Source of the DNA: Negaprion brevirostris
Lineage: Eukaryota
Assembly: GCA_030324005.1 (NCBI GenBank)
Contig: JARDVH010000164.1
Coordinates: 19,486,929-19,550,928, forward strand
Direction: 5' to 3'
DNA length: 64,000 nt
The stretch's first letter is position 1. Each line of letters opens with the position of its first letter. The notes beneath the pieces were generated by a model, which worked only from the letters and a program-made list of their open reading frames with translations, was not told the origin of the DNA and ran no database searches. Below are positions 50,880 to 63,892 of the stretch, one piece after another. A program made the translations under genes and the position numbers.

Positions 50880-51185
50880 AGAATCCCTACAGAGCAGAAG
50901 GAGTTCATTCAGCCCATCGAGTCTGCACCGACCACAATCCCATCCAGGCCCTATTCCCATTACCCCACATATATATCCTGCTAATCCCTCTGGCACCAGG
51001 ATCAATTTTAATGGCCCATCAACCCAACCCACATGCACATCTTTGGACTGGGGGGGAGGAAACTGGAGCACCCGAAGGAAACCCATGCAGACTGGGGAGA
51101 ATGTGCAAACTCCACACAGACAGTGACCTGAGGCTGGAATTGAACCTGGATCCCTGACATTAACCAGCGTGCCACCGTGCCACCC
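50880..51185 (-). mobile_element. HE1 SINE
   Basis: Antisense full-length copy. Confidence 0.85.
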
Positions 51186-51665
51186 TGTACTTAACAAACT
51201 TTGCAGAGTCAATTAATTATTGAATATTATAGTACAGCTGAGAACAAGATTTTAAATTTGTACTGAGAAATGATCTATTAACACAAAAGTTCAAATGCTA
51301 TCTAATTTAATCTGGACATGAATCAAGAGCACCTCGTGCCCTACTAAAGTGAGGAAGCTTTCTGACTGTTCATTGCTTTCGCACTCAGCTACACATATGC
51401 ACTGTTTACACAAGAGACAGAGATCCTGCTTATTTGACTGGGTTGCCAACAACATCACGAGTGCTAATGCAAGACTGGAGAGTAATGCAAATAATGAGAA
51501 TCAAAACTCAGTGCAACTGGAGAACAAGGCAGTGGCTTTCCAGGTGGGTAGGGCTCAGTGTAACACTGAGCACTGCTTTTACCAAGCAAACAATCAGGAT
51601 ATCCCAGGCTGCTAATATTTGAGATAGTTTATACATCAATTTGTTGTAACATGGTTAAGACTTAC

Positions 51666-52010
51666 CTCTATGTCCTTGTTTAATTGTTTCACAACGACTG
51701 TGATGTATTTTATATGTTCCTCCAAGAGTTGCCGAGCATAAATCTCTCCTTCCACTTTGCTTNNNNNNNNNNNNNNNNNNNNNNNNNNNNNNNNNNNNNN
51801 NNNNNNNNNNNNNNNNNNNNNNNNNNNNNNNNNNNNNNNNNNNNNNNNNNNNNNNNNNNNNNGCTTTGCAGAGGCTGTGAATTTGAATTAATGATATCCT
51901 TGGTGTTCCAGCCCAGTTTCATGATGGTTTTGTCAGGCTAGTTGATGTAATCTTCTAATTGGCTCACCCACTTAGGAGGTGTACTGGGAAGACCTGGGTC
52001 TCTGAGTCTA
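51666..52010 (-). CDS. FAM81A: FAM81A-like first large exon; in-frame TAG at 51940-51938, open from the ATG at 51922 (MKLGWNTKDIINSNSQPLQSKVEGEIYARQLLEEHIKYITVVVKQLNKDIE)
   Basis: NAGNAG acceptor at 52012-52008 and GTAAG donor at 51665. ARQLLEEHIKYITVVVKQLNKDIE matches [24 protein letters not shown]. The 100-N gap closes in frame through a 4-nt overlap (gctt). Confidence 0.85.
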
Positions 52011-52765
52011 CTGTGAACAGGAATGAGAAAAAATATTATTAGCAGACAAAAGTTTGAAGCAGAATGATTGTGGCTAATGTGGTAACAATCTTTTTTTTCA
52101 TTCCCAGGACATGGGCATCATTTGCTGGCCAACCCTTACTGCCCATTCCCTTGAACTGAGTGGCTTGTTAGGCCAGTTCAGAGGGCAATTGAGAGTTAAA
52201 TACATCGCTGTGGCTGTCGATTCACATGTAGGCCAGACCAGGTAAGGATGGCAGATTTCCTTCCATGAAGGACATCAGTGAACCAGAAGGGTTTTACAGA
52301 CTTTTTTATAGACTTATCAACATGAGATGCTGTCTTTCATGTCCTGTGCATCTGAATCCCAAATCTCTCAGCTCTTCTACAGCACCAAATGTACAGCAAC
52401 TCAAAGTAAAATTCCTGGGATTTGCTTTTTAGAAAATTATATCTCATACTTACTAGCATTGAATTCCACTTTTAACTCATTCTCTAGCTAATCAATGAAT
52501 TGACAATAACTCTAATTTTGACATCATCTGTAAATGGTAACATCACTTCCTGTAAGCCTAAATCCAAATCATCTGTGTTTGGATGCCTTATAATGCAATC
52601 AGTATCTGGAAATAGTTGAGATTATTCTGAGCAGTGAGCCCTATGGGGCTGAATGAACTTCAGAAAAAAATATCAATGACATAATGGTTCTAACAATATT
52701 TTCTTCTTTCATGCTATAATCAGCTTTACTTATCAATCCCTATCAATAATTTGCTGGTTGAGGAG

Positions 52766-53075
52766 GGCATGGTGGCACAATGGGTAGCACTGCTGCCTCA
52801 CAGCTCCAAGGACCCGGGTTCAATTCCAGCCTTAGGTGATTGCCTTTGTGGCGTTTGTACATTCTTCCTGTTTCCTCCGGGTGCTCCGGTTTATTCCCAC
52901 AGTCTAAAGTATGCAGGGTAGGTTGATCGGCCGTGCTAAATTGCCTCTTAGTATCCTAACCGACTAGATGGGATTAGTGGGGTTACAAGGACAGGATCGG
53001 GGTAAGATGCTCTTTTGGAGAGTCGGTGCAGACTCGATGGGCCGAATGGTCTCTCCTGTACTGTGGGGATTCTTG
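52766..53075 (+). mobile_element. HE1 SINE
   Basis: Head, V-domain and CR1 tail. Confidence 0.85.
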
Positions 53076-53299
53076 TCTCGGTTGATAAGGAATGCTGTTT
53101 GTNNNNNNNNNNNNNNNNNNNNNNNNNNNNNNNNNNNNNNNNNNNNNNNNNNNNNNNNNNNNNNTCTAAAGGAACAAAACGGCGGATCCAAGACATGGGC
53201 AAATGAACGTATTCTGTTGAAGATCTGTGAATGTGCTACTCAGCTGGAGGCAAGTCTGAGAATGAGATGGAAGAATACAGCAACTCAAAGTTGCAAGGA

Positions 53300-54100
53300 A
53301 TGATGTTACACATGTGTGACACACATCTACATATAATGCAGGGGAACCAACAGGTAAAGGAGGCAGTAAACAGCTCCGCAGCATCATTTTAACCTGAAGA
53401 TTCAGAGTTAAGTGGAAGCTCCTTTAAGTTTACTGAGGTTTGACAGGGTGTGGGATTCACTGGAATGGACAAATCCAGCAATGACAAAGGCACGAGTCAG
53501 AGTCTCAGCAGAAGGAGAGCTGAGGAGGGGGTGGAAATGGGTGATGTAATGGATGAAATAATTTGGAGTGGGAAGCTCAACTTAGGGCGGAATGGGATGC
53601 AGAGGAGGAAGAAGTGGCTGGACAGAGGGATGGAACCTGTAAGACAATTGCTTCGATCTAAATGTCCATTGAAATTTTGACTTAACCAACAACGAGTGTC
53701 GGACAAGCAAGCTGACAGTGTAGAGGCAGGGGAGGAGTGGTAAAGAGGTGGAGCTGAGTGTCACCAGCATAAAAATGGAACTTGACCCCAAGTTTTAGAA
53801 TGATGGCTCCAAGGGGTGGCATGTGGATGAGGAAGAATAGAGCAAGAATCATGTGGGGACAGGAGAAGCAGCTATTCAGGCTACAAGTGGGTGGGTAAGA
53901 GTAGAACCAAGCAAGAAAGCTCCATTGAGCTGGATCATGAGTGTGGTTTGGTTGACCTTGTCAAAGATTGCAGAGAGAGTGAGCAGAGGAGTTTGGCTTG
54001 GTATGAGGTGTAAACTGGTGGTGCAAAAGGGGGAATCCAAGAACCAGGAGAGGCAGTTGAATAGATAGTTTCAATCTTCGTAAGAAAGAAATCCAGAAGC
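53300..54100 (-). mobile_element. Ancient L2-like LINE relic
   Basis: Purine-rich plus strand as expected for antisense L2 ORF2; only faint motif remnants. Confidence 0.4.
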
Positions 54101-55214
54101 TTGTCGGACTTGTTGCAGTGAGAGTGGATGGAACAAAGAAGGACTTAAAGGGACAGTCATGGAGAAGTTGGCTATACTTTCCAGGACGATCCCAGAGCAG
54201 GGGTTGGTTTAGGCAGGGGAAAGTGAGGCCTAATGTGATCCAACCAAAAGTAGTCATCGCTGGTTAATCCAGGTCTTCAGAGATCTGCACCTTTCAACGA
54301 AGAAGTGAATGTGGGGACCACAGGAACGACAGGATGGGAACAGTGATTTTGTTGGGTGAAGATGAGGGAGTGGTTGAGAAGACCGCATGCTGCGGAACTA
54401 TTGTGATGAATGGCGGGTCAAAAACTGGGCAGTAGGCAACTTGAAAGTGTGGTAAGCAAATTGGGTAAGTTTCTTTCCCCAGTTCAATTGCAGAAAGAGC
54501 TGGATTTGGAAGGAAGGGTAGGTGGCTATGGATGGTGAGGGAGAAAAAAAAATCAATGAAAGAGAAAAACAATCTGATTGCTGAAAAATAAATTTCAACT
54601 TGCTATTACCCACACTAATTGTTCACTCCAGATATTTCTCCAATTGAAATCTCATATCCTATCTCTGAGTCACTCTCCACCCCCAGGTCATTGTTTCAGC
54701 CCCAAGCCACTTCTCCACTCCCACATTCACGTCCCAGTCTCAATTATCTCCCAGTCTCAGCACCACCTTTACATAGTTTAATTTCAATTGATAACCCTTT
54801 AAAATGATTTCCCTGTAACTGTTCAATTCACTTTAAGAAGAAGTTATGGCTTGCTTTGTCAATAGTTTGAGGTAGCTTACCACCCTCTGTTTAAAGAGTT
54901 TGTTCTAATCTCCGCTTTGATTTGTGATTAGCTTCAAATTGTGCTCTCGTCATTATTACTCAGTGGGACAAGTGGCAACAGTTTATCTACTCTGTCTTAA
55001 CATTGTTGGGTCATCCATTAGCTGCAGTGAAAAGGCCATTAACTCCCCTAACCATTCTTCAAAACCAGTCCCCTCGTCCCCTAGAAATATCCTGGTGAAT
55101 CCAGCCTTTCCGCTGTGGAAACTGGAAGGTGTGCAAGGGCCGTCCAGAGCAGATAGACTCATGATGTGGTTCTCTGCCACTCTGACCCTTCCCCTTCATT
55201 TTCTTTAGTAAAAA

Positions 55215-55370
55215 TCCAAAGGTGTGTGGGTTAGATGGATTGGCCATAGTGTCAGGAGGACGGGCAGGGTAAATATGTGGGGTAACAGGGATAGGGCCTG
55301 AGTGGTCAATGCAGATTCGATGGGCCGAATGGTCTCCTTCTGCATTGTAGGGATTCTATGATTCTATGAA
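55215..55370 (+). mobile_element. HE1 SINE 3' fragment
   Basis: tccaaaggtgtgtgggttag...gggattctatgattctatga. Confidence 0.8.
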
Positions 55371-55619
55371 CTGGCCTCCCAGCATAGGACACTTTAGAAA
55401 CTCAATTGGACGAATGAATCGAACCGGTGTCCAACCAAGTTATAGTGCTCCAAATAGTGTGACCTACTGACTGTGTAATATTAACTTAATCATAGAATCT
55501 CTTCCTCATCCATGGGGTTACAAATCAGAAGTGTTACATCCGGATGGTATTTTCTCTCCCTGGACCTGGGAAGCTGAAGCTCAACTTCTTGTTAGCCTGG
55601 CTCAGATCAGTAAAGTCTT

Positions 55620-56025
55620 TGAATCATAGAATCCCTACAGTACAGAAGGAGGCCATTTGGCCCATTGACTCTGCACCGACAACAATCCCACCCAGGCTCT
55701 AGCCCATAACCTTAAGCATTAACCTGCAAGTCCCCCTGACACTAAGGGGCAATTTAACATGTCCAATCAACCTAACCTGCACATCTTTGGAGTGTGGGAG
55801 GAAACCGGAGCACCCTTAGGAAACCCACGCAGACTCAGGGAGAATGTGCAAACTCCACACAGACAGTGACCCAAGCTGGGAATTNNNNNNNNNNNNNNNN
55901 NNNNNNNNNNNNNNNNNNNNNNNNNNNNNNNNNNNNNNNNNNNNNNNNNNNNNNNNNNNNNNNNNNNNNNNNNNNNNNNNNNNNGTGAGGCAGCAGTGCT
56001 ATCCACTGTGCCTCTGTGCTGCCCA
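55620..56025 (-). mobile_element. HE1 SINE spanning a gap
   Basis: Antisense copy. Confidence 0.85.
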
Positions 56026-56734
56026 TATTTTATGGTAAACCTAAAGTAATTCTAATCTGGGTTTAAATTAATGTCTATATTTCTCTCTGTACATTTACAC
56101 AACATGTGTTGAGAAAACCACAGATGATAGTAGTCATAGAAAGAAAATGCAAAAGCTAAGCTGGAACATCTGTCAGCTCCACAGGTGTAATAAGCAACAT
56201 GAATTAAATGTCAACTAGAAATCTCTGTCAAAGCAAGAGGGCTGACTACCAAAACTCATTGTTTCTTTTTAAATGAATGAAAACTATTTCATCAATCAAA
56301 TTATCCTCTAATGTTTTTTGAAGATGTCAAGCAAGTAGTACAAAGTCAATTGCATTATCTGGCTTTCAAAAACGTTGGCAAAATTCCAAATTCCATACTG
56401 TATTCTGGCCTCAAAGATGTATTCAGGTACAATGGGAATACCTGTGATGGACTGGCGTCCTGCCTTCTGGGTGTACCCTGCCTAACCCCCAACGTCTGTC
56501 AGGATAGGCTCCAACCCCCCCTTCCCCATGCCTCTGAATTGGAGTAAATGATTAATGAAAGTGAAAGGAAGACTACCTAAGTACCTGTGAATACAGTTTT
56601 GCTTTCCCCTCCCTTTGTAAGATGTAAATTGTAAAGTAAACAAAGAGCCGTACAAAGCTGTATGCGTGCACACCCAGTTTCTCTTCAACTGGTGTGTTTA
56701 ACCTTTCTGTCCCTGTACATCACCGGGTGGTTGG

Positions 56735-57272
56735 TTTGATTTATTGTTGACACATGAATTGGGACACAGTGAAAAGTATTGTTTCTTGTGCTATACAGAC
56801 ACAGCATACCGTTCATAGAGTACACAGGGGAGAAGGAGANNNNNNNNNNNNNNNNNNNNNNNNNNNNNNNNNNNNNNNNNNNNNNNNNNNNNNNNNNNNN
56901 NNNNNNNNNNNNNNNNNNNNNNNNNNNNNNNNNNNNNNNNNNNNNNNNNNNNNNNGTGGAGTTGCATATTCCTCCGCCCCGTGTCTGTGTGGGTTTCCTC
57001 CGGGTGCTCAAGTTTCCTCCCACAATCTGAAAAATGTGCTGGTTAGATGCATTGACCATGCTAAATTCTCCCTCGGTGTACCCGAACAGTGTGGCCAGGG
57101 TGTGACAACTAGGGGATTTTCACAACAACTTCATTGCAGTGTTAATGTGAGCTGACCTGTGATACTAATAAATAAATAAACTTCAGCTAGGGTGTAAAGA
57201 AAGATCAGCTTAATGGATGGTAGGTCCATTCAAAAGGCTGATGGCGGCAGGGAAGAAGCTATTCTTGAGTCG
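56735..57272. mobile_element. Rex1/Babar tail (-) interrupted by an alternative-tail HE1 SINE (+, about 56956-57183)
   Basis: Antisense Rex1-type 3' UTR lies on both sides of the SINE. Confidence 0.75.
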
Positions 57273-57689
57273 ATGACAACAGTGAGCAAGAATGGAGGCA
57301 TGAGGATGATGCAAGACTGATGGGTGCGACATAGCATGGCATCAAGTTTCCTGGTATGGGCAGCTCCAAACAGAACCAGACAGGAATCAGCTGCTGTGAG
57401 GATTAGCATGTGCGAAGCATGGACTCAAGCCAAAATAAATGTCTCAGTGGGAATCAATGATAGTCTATAAAAAGGGAAAGAGGAGAAAGTGGCACACAAA
57501 AGTTGCAGGCCTCATTTTCAGTATTATTCTCACAGGGATCTAACCTAGACGCAGAAGTGCATTAAATCTGGTAGTACAGATCCACCCATGACTGAATAGC
57601 TACAGTGCACCCTACAGTGGAAACCATATGGATCACAAAGTGTATACTTGGTCAATGGTTTGTAAAAATTTAGCTTAATTTAATTTCAA

Positions 57690-58110
57690 CCAGGGACTAC
57701 AGAAGGTCGTGAATGTAGTCCAATTCATCACACAAACCAGCCTCCCACCCATTGACTCTGTCTACACTTCTCGCTGCCTCAGAAAGCAGCCAGCATAATC
57801 AAGGACCCTATGCACCCCAGACATTCTCTCTTCCGCCTTCTTTGGTTGGGAAAAAGGTACAAAAGTCTGAGGTCACGTACCAACCGACTGAAGTACAGCT
57901 TCTTCCCTGCTGCTGTAGACTTTTGAATGGACATACCTTGCATTAAGTTGATCTTTCTCCACACCCTAGCAGTGACTGTAACACTACATTCTGCACTGTC
58001 TCGTTTCCTTCTCATTGAATGGTATGTTTTGTCTGTATAGTGTGTAAGAAATAATACTTTTCACTGTATACTAATACATGTGACAATAATAAATCAAATC
58101 AAAAAAAAAT
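57690..58110 (+). mobile_element. Rex1/Babar-type LINE 3' end
   Basis: Same family as 39500-40200; tail tgtgacaataataaatcaaatcaaa. Confidence 0.8.
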
Positions 58111-59739
58111 CAGGGCAGTTGAGATGCACAATGGACCCCATTCTTTCTGTACCTTGTCTAATATTGACTGAGCTAACAACTCTCCATCATGTGATGGTGC
58201 CAGATAATCTCAGAATCAGATTCAAGTGCGATGCTTTCTATGGTGAGAAAATCTGTCAACACTCAGTGTCCAGTATCACACCCAAAGGTTCAATGAGATA
58301 CTGGAGGATGGTTAGCACACATGGGAGTACCAAGAGCAATGGTTGGCTTTTTCAGGAGAGAAGCAAAGGAAATTGATCAACAGAATCTCCTTAGCAAATC
58401 ACAAGTATAGAAACTAGATCCTATGCAACATTTAGAGTGTAGTCACATTTTTAAAAAAATCATTTTTCAAATAAATTTCTCTATTCATAATATTAAATCA
58501 GGACCAGGAAAAATACTTTGTCCAGACTCTCTGTAAGGTTAGTGGAATGAAGTACAAATTGAAACCCACTGTATTTTAATGCGTAACAGAGAGAAAGAGA
58601 GCCAGTTGAAAATAGTTCACAGATGTTATACCTCTCACACACTTTGGAATATGGATCTCAAATACCCAGCCAAATGTTATGGAACTGGGCTATAATACGC
58701 CACACCTTTATGGGAAAAGATTAGGCAGCTCCAGGAGTTTGATTATGTTGACAGTCCTGGGTTTCCCATATATTTCCAATCTGCAGTTCCAGATAAATTG
58801 CCTCCTGCAATCAGCACTTGGTTGAGGTTATCGAGATGGAGGACCTGATGGTAATTATCGCAAAGCCTTCTTCACTTGAAACAACCACCCTTGACATAAT
58901 AAGACTGTTTGTGTCCAGAATTTTGGGTTAGAATGTGAAACTTGCTACAACAAGGAGTAGTTGAGGCAAATAGCACAGAAACATTTCAGGAGAAGCTTGA
59001 TAAACATGGAAGAGAGAAGGGGTATGCTGCTAGGGTCTGATGGAAAGGGGTGAGTGTGTGGACATAAACTCTGGCATGAACTAGTTAGTCTCAGGACCTG
59101 TTTCTTTGCTGGAAATTCCAAATAATTCTATATAATCTTTACATTAAACAGATGGAAATTCAAAAATGAAGATATGCTCCTAAACAAGCAGCAAGAAGTA
59201 AAGAACTAATGGATGCATCTAAACTTATTGCCACACTAACTCGTTATTGGTCTTAAATAGAATGATGTGGGTATATTTTCTCTTAGTGACTGCATGTGTT
59301 AAGCATCCCTGCTCCCTTTAGTGTGTTTAAATGAAGATGTTAGTTGATTAAGTGCACTTTCATGACATTAGGTGTGTAATAGCTATCTTACAATGGAGCA
59401 GATAATTTGGGAAAACCTGTAATAATGCCATTCATTATCCAACTGAGACACTTGAGTAATGCTCTGTGAGGAAATGCAGCTAAAACAAATACACATCTTA
59501 TACTCTCTTATCCATCAGCCCTGATTTTAACTTGGGAAGGAGCTGGACAACAAACCTCTGCAGGAGATTGGAACTCCCAAACCTCACCTTGATTGCCTCA
59601 TCGAGGCCTGTCTGAAATTGGGGAAGCATTTACTGGCGGGTGGAAGCACAACATCGGGAACAGGGGCCTTGAGTGAACCAGAAAATTGTTCCTCAGCTCT
59701 CAGTTATATTGCAGAGTGGGCTCAGGATGGTAGGGAGGG

Positions 59740-60065
59740 TGGTACGGTGGTGCACAGATTGGCACTGCTGCCTCACTATTCCAGAGACCCAGGTTAGATT
59801 CCAGCCTTGACTGACTGTCCGGAGTTTGCACGTTCTCCCCATGTCTGTGTGGGTTTCTTTCCACAGTCCAAAGATGTTCTCTGACCGTGCTAAATTACCC
59901 TTAGTGTCTGAAGGTGTGTAAGTTAGGGAGATTTGTCACAGCAAATATGTGGGGTTATGGAGATAGGATGGGGAACAGGGCCTCGATAAGAAATCCTGTC
60001 AGAGAGTCAAGTGCAGACTCGATGGGCCGAATGACCTTCTACTGCATTGTAGGGATTCTATGAAA
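59740..60065 (+). mobile_element. HE1 SINE
   Basis: Head, V-domain and CR1 tail. Confidence 0.85.
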
Positions 60066-60719
60066 AGCCTGAGGCAGGAAATTGCCCATTCCTAAAGTGA
60101 TTGTTAAATGAAATAGTGGCCCAGGGTGTTGAAGCTTATAGTATGTGAAATTTCTGATAATTCTGGTTGTTTTATCTCCACATGGATTTGGAGGTGGGGA
60201 TGGGTGTTTATTCCCAACTAGGGAAAAAGTTCAAAGATCCGTTGTATCAGCGCTTAGTCATTCCGTTCTCCTGCTGATTAATTTAAAAGATGAATATGAA
60301 ACCCAAATAATTGAACACTGTGCATTTTTAACTTTCTCTGGCAGTTTATGATTAGAGTAAATATGATTATGAGTTTATTATTCAGGGTTAACTTTTCACC
60401 ATACCAAATTGATACCTTTAGTAACTGAGTGTTATTCAGTGTGGTCTTTCAATCCAACATCTGTTTCTTTGCTTGCTGAAATAGATACAAATTTGATAAA
60501 GACTATTAAGTCCAAAGCACTGTACATCACGATGTATAACTCAACTTGGCAGGTAAGACAACCCTACTGTTTAGCCCCCAAAAAAGTACTTTCTTTGCAT
60601 ATAGCCAGTGTATAAGTCACACCCCCGCTCCCCTCAGACATGTTAAGACTCGCATTATTACTCAACCTCAATCTTTCACCCCGCAAATGGATGTTATACT
60701 TAATTGGTACCTTAAAACT

Positions 60720-61010
60720 GGGGAGATCTAGTGGCGCAGTGGGTAATGTCACTGCTTCTGAGCCAGATGTTCCAGGTTCAAGACCCACCCAGGACTTGAG
60801 GGGCAAGGGAGGTGTGTTTAGAATGTGATAACTGGTTGAGTATCAACCTGCAAAATCCTTCCAACGGCAGGAGGTAAGAGCGAGAAAGGCTCCTGCCTGA
60901 GGCAGTGTGGTGTCCCTCAAGCTGTAAGCCTCTGGTGACAGGCTAGTGACAAGTTCCAGGAAAAGCTAGCCATGGAAAAAGATGAAAGTCTAACTTATTG
61001 CACCGCTAGG
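60720..61010 (+). mobile_element. tRNA-derived SINE of another family
   Basis: A-box-like tagtggcgcagtgg and B-box-like ggttcaagacc; the body is unlike HE1. Confidence 0.5.
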
Positions 61011-61539
61011 TGTAGGGAGAGAAATAACAAGGACCTTACAACTGGATATAGGGGATCAAGCAGGCAAAATGGGCTGTGTTATGAAGATGTATGTGAACTT
61101 AAGGCCATGCAGAATGGATGCCTCACGGTGAATGGCAAAGGTGGCAACCACCCAAACACATGGCTCACTTTTGTACTTGACATATAAGCTGATCTCCATT
61201 TTTGGAGCAATTTTTCAAGGCTTCAAATGCTGGNNNNNNNNNNNNNNNNNNNNNNNNNNNNNNNNNNNNNNNNNNNNNNNNNNNNNNNNNNNNNNNNNNN
61301 NNNNNNNNNNNNNNNNNNNNNNNNNNNNNNNNNAAATGCTGGCATCTCCAATATTGTACCAATGTGTCTTTTGACAATGTGCTCATTGACATAGAATGTG
61401 TCATTCTAGGACTTTTATATCAATAGGTTATAGCTTAAATCAACAATCGTAGTTATATGTTTAATATACAATGATACCATTCAACTCACCAAAGATCACT
61501 GCTGTCCGACATTAGCATCAAGTGCTATCTAGATGAAAA

Positions 61540-62560
61540 ATGCTTTAACTTCAGTCACCTCTGTGCCAAAATGAAACTGACACCATAAGTATGTATGATC
61601 GGCAGACTGTGAATGACTGCAGTGTCATTGTACACTCTGCACCAGGTTTGCAAGTCACTTTCAATCTGTTCAATTATGCATACAAGAAACTCGACCCATC
61701 CTTGAATGTTGCCAAAATAAGACTCATACCCACATCTGGTCAGCCAAGTATGCCAACCCCAATACTGAAGGGGAGATTCAGGGATGTGTTGAGCATTTCC
61801 CACACCTTGGCAGCCTCCTCTCTGACAAGGCTATCATTGACAAGGAATAAGCAACACTGGGTCAACTGTATCAGCACAGCCTTCTACAAACTACAGCGGT
61901 GAGTACTTAACAACAAAGAATCCCTCAAGTCAACAAAAGTCCTGGTGAACAGAGCAGCCGTCATCAACACACTCCTGTATGTAGTCAGCCCTGGACTGTC
62001 CATCAGTGACACATAACAGCATTAGAGAAAATCCATCAGCATTGCTTCCGCTGCATCCTCTGGATTCAATGGGAGTAACGTCACACAAACACTAGTGTCC
62101 TTCTTGAAGACAACTCCGCAAGCATTCAGGCAAAATCCTGAAAAGTTAACTTTGATGAATTGAATATTGTGTCCAGATGGGCAAAAACTGTCTTCCCACC
62201 AATTTTTTCAACTCTCAAACGGCCAACATTCCAAGGGAGGACAAAAAATACTTCACAGATGCTCTGAATCTCCAGCTGAAGCGCAGCAACACTAACATTA
62301 ACAACTGTGTGGAGCTTGTTCCCAACCCTTCGGAATAGTTCATCCATCAAGCAGCATCTCGCTTTGAGTCACTAGGTCTTACCAAATGAAGCAGAGCAGC
62401 AGCAGAGGAGGAAAAAAAGAAAGCAAACCTTGTAATTCAGATAGCATTACTTCATGGGACCTCCTGCCATGTGAACCAAAGGATGGGTGGGTCAAGAATT
62501 GACCTGTTTAGTCACACAAAAACCCATGGCAGCAACTTGCAACCCTGAGTCAATGTCCTT
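61540..62560 (+). mobile_element. RTE-clade LINE 3' relic
   Basis: VEHFPHLGSLLS, STKVLV.RAAVINTLLY, HQHCFRCILWIQW remnants. Confidence 0.75.
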
Positions 62561-63436
62561 CAAGCAACAGCCACCACCATAGATGAAAGCAGCTAAATAA
62601 AAGTTAGCATGCAAAGGATATCACAAATAAGACCATATTACACCAGTACAATCCCAACTTTGCCTCCCCTTGATTCTACCGTTGAAAGTTCTGTAGATAA
62701 TTGAAAGAAATTACCTCATTTTAACCACATCACAATAAATCACTACAGAACCATACCTTGGAATCAGCAGCACTGAGGGCTAAATGTACTCTTTGTTCCT
62801 TCCAAAAGGTTTCATCTTATATTGCCCGAGAAAGAAATACTGTACGTGTGTGTGTAACTACATTTGGGAATTAAGATTAATATTTTTCAATGCTGGGCAA
62901 TTATATAAAATATACAAATGTATAGTACAACATTGAATTTTTTTCATCGATTCTTTCCTTCCATTTGTTATGCTTAAATAAATCATGTTCTGCTTTTTTA
63001 AGCTTCTTTCTATATTTGCACAACCAATCAGTACTCATCTCTTAATGGAAAACTACATAATCTTCTCATGACAAGGACTGACTTGTATGTTTTTGATTCC
63101 TATTCAACCAATTCTAATTAAAATTGTGATCTAATTTGGCATAAACTCCCAGTAAGAGAATTCATTGCTATAATTATGCAATACTCATTCCCTTCAAACC
63201 TACCAGCTGTTACTCCTTATCTGAGTCTCCAACTTAACAGTGAATTACAATAAGGATCTCCACAATTAAGTAATGATTATACTGAACATTCAACCTTCCT
63301 TGAAAAGTGTTTGTTACTGGTGGGCTCCGTTAACTGTTCAGACTAATGCAGTTACTCAAAAAACTACTTAATGTAATGCAAGCTTAAGCAAAGTTGAAAA
63401 CAGGCAGCCTTTCTCAGCATAATATTTTTATACAAT

Positions 63437-63892
63437 GGGTGAGATTTTACAGCCTCGCTCATCCTGAAACCGTAAAATCCTGCCCAATCATTGAATCATA
63501 GGATCAGAGAATCCTACAGTGCAGAAGGGGGACATTCTGCCCATAGTGTCTGCACCAACCACAATCCCACCCAGGCCCTATCCCCACAATCCCATGCACN
63601 NNNNNNNNNNNNNNNNNNNNNNNNNNNNNNNNNNNNNNNNNNNNNNNNNNNNNNNNNNNNNNNNNNNNNNNNNNNNNNNNNNNNNNNNNNNNNNNNNNNN
63701 NNNNNNNNNNNNNNNNNNNNNNNNNNNNNNNNNNNNNNNNNNNNNNNGACCCAAATCGGGAATTGAATCTGGGTCCCTGGCACTGTGAGGCAGCAGTGCT
63801 AATCACTGTGCCTCCATGCCACCCTAAGGTTAACGGACCTTCCCATGGTCCGCCCCTCGCCCACTCCGATTCCCATGGTGGTACAATTCTGG
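63437..63892. mobile_element. MITE split by an antisense HE1 SINE (about 63492-63825)
   Basis: The MITE 5' part (tgggtgagattttacagcc...aaaatcctgccca) and 3' part (aggttaacggacc...) flank the SINE; colinear with the MITEs at 32621 and 34335. Confidence 0.7.

Noticed and set aside
51349-51615. Plus-strand ORF with donor-like CAG|GTGGGT at 51543
   Set aside because: No good acceptor and no recognisable homology.
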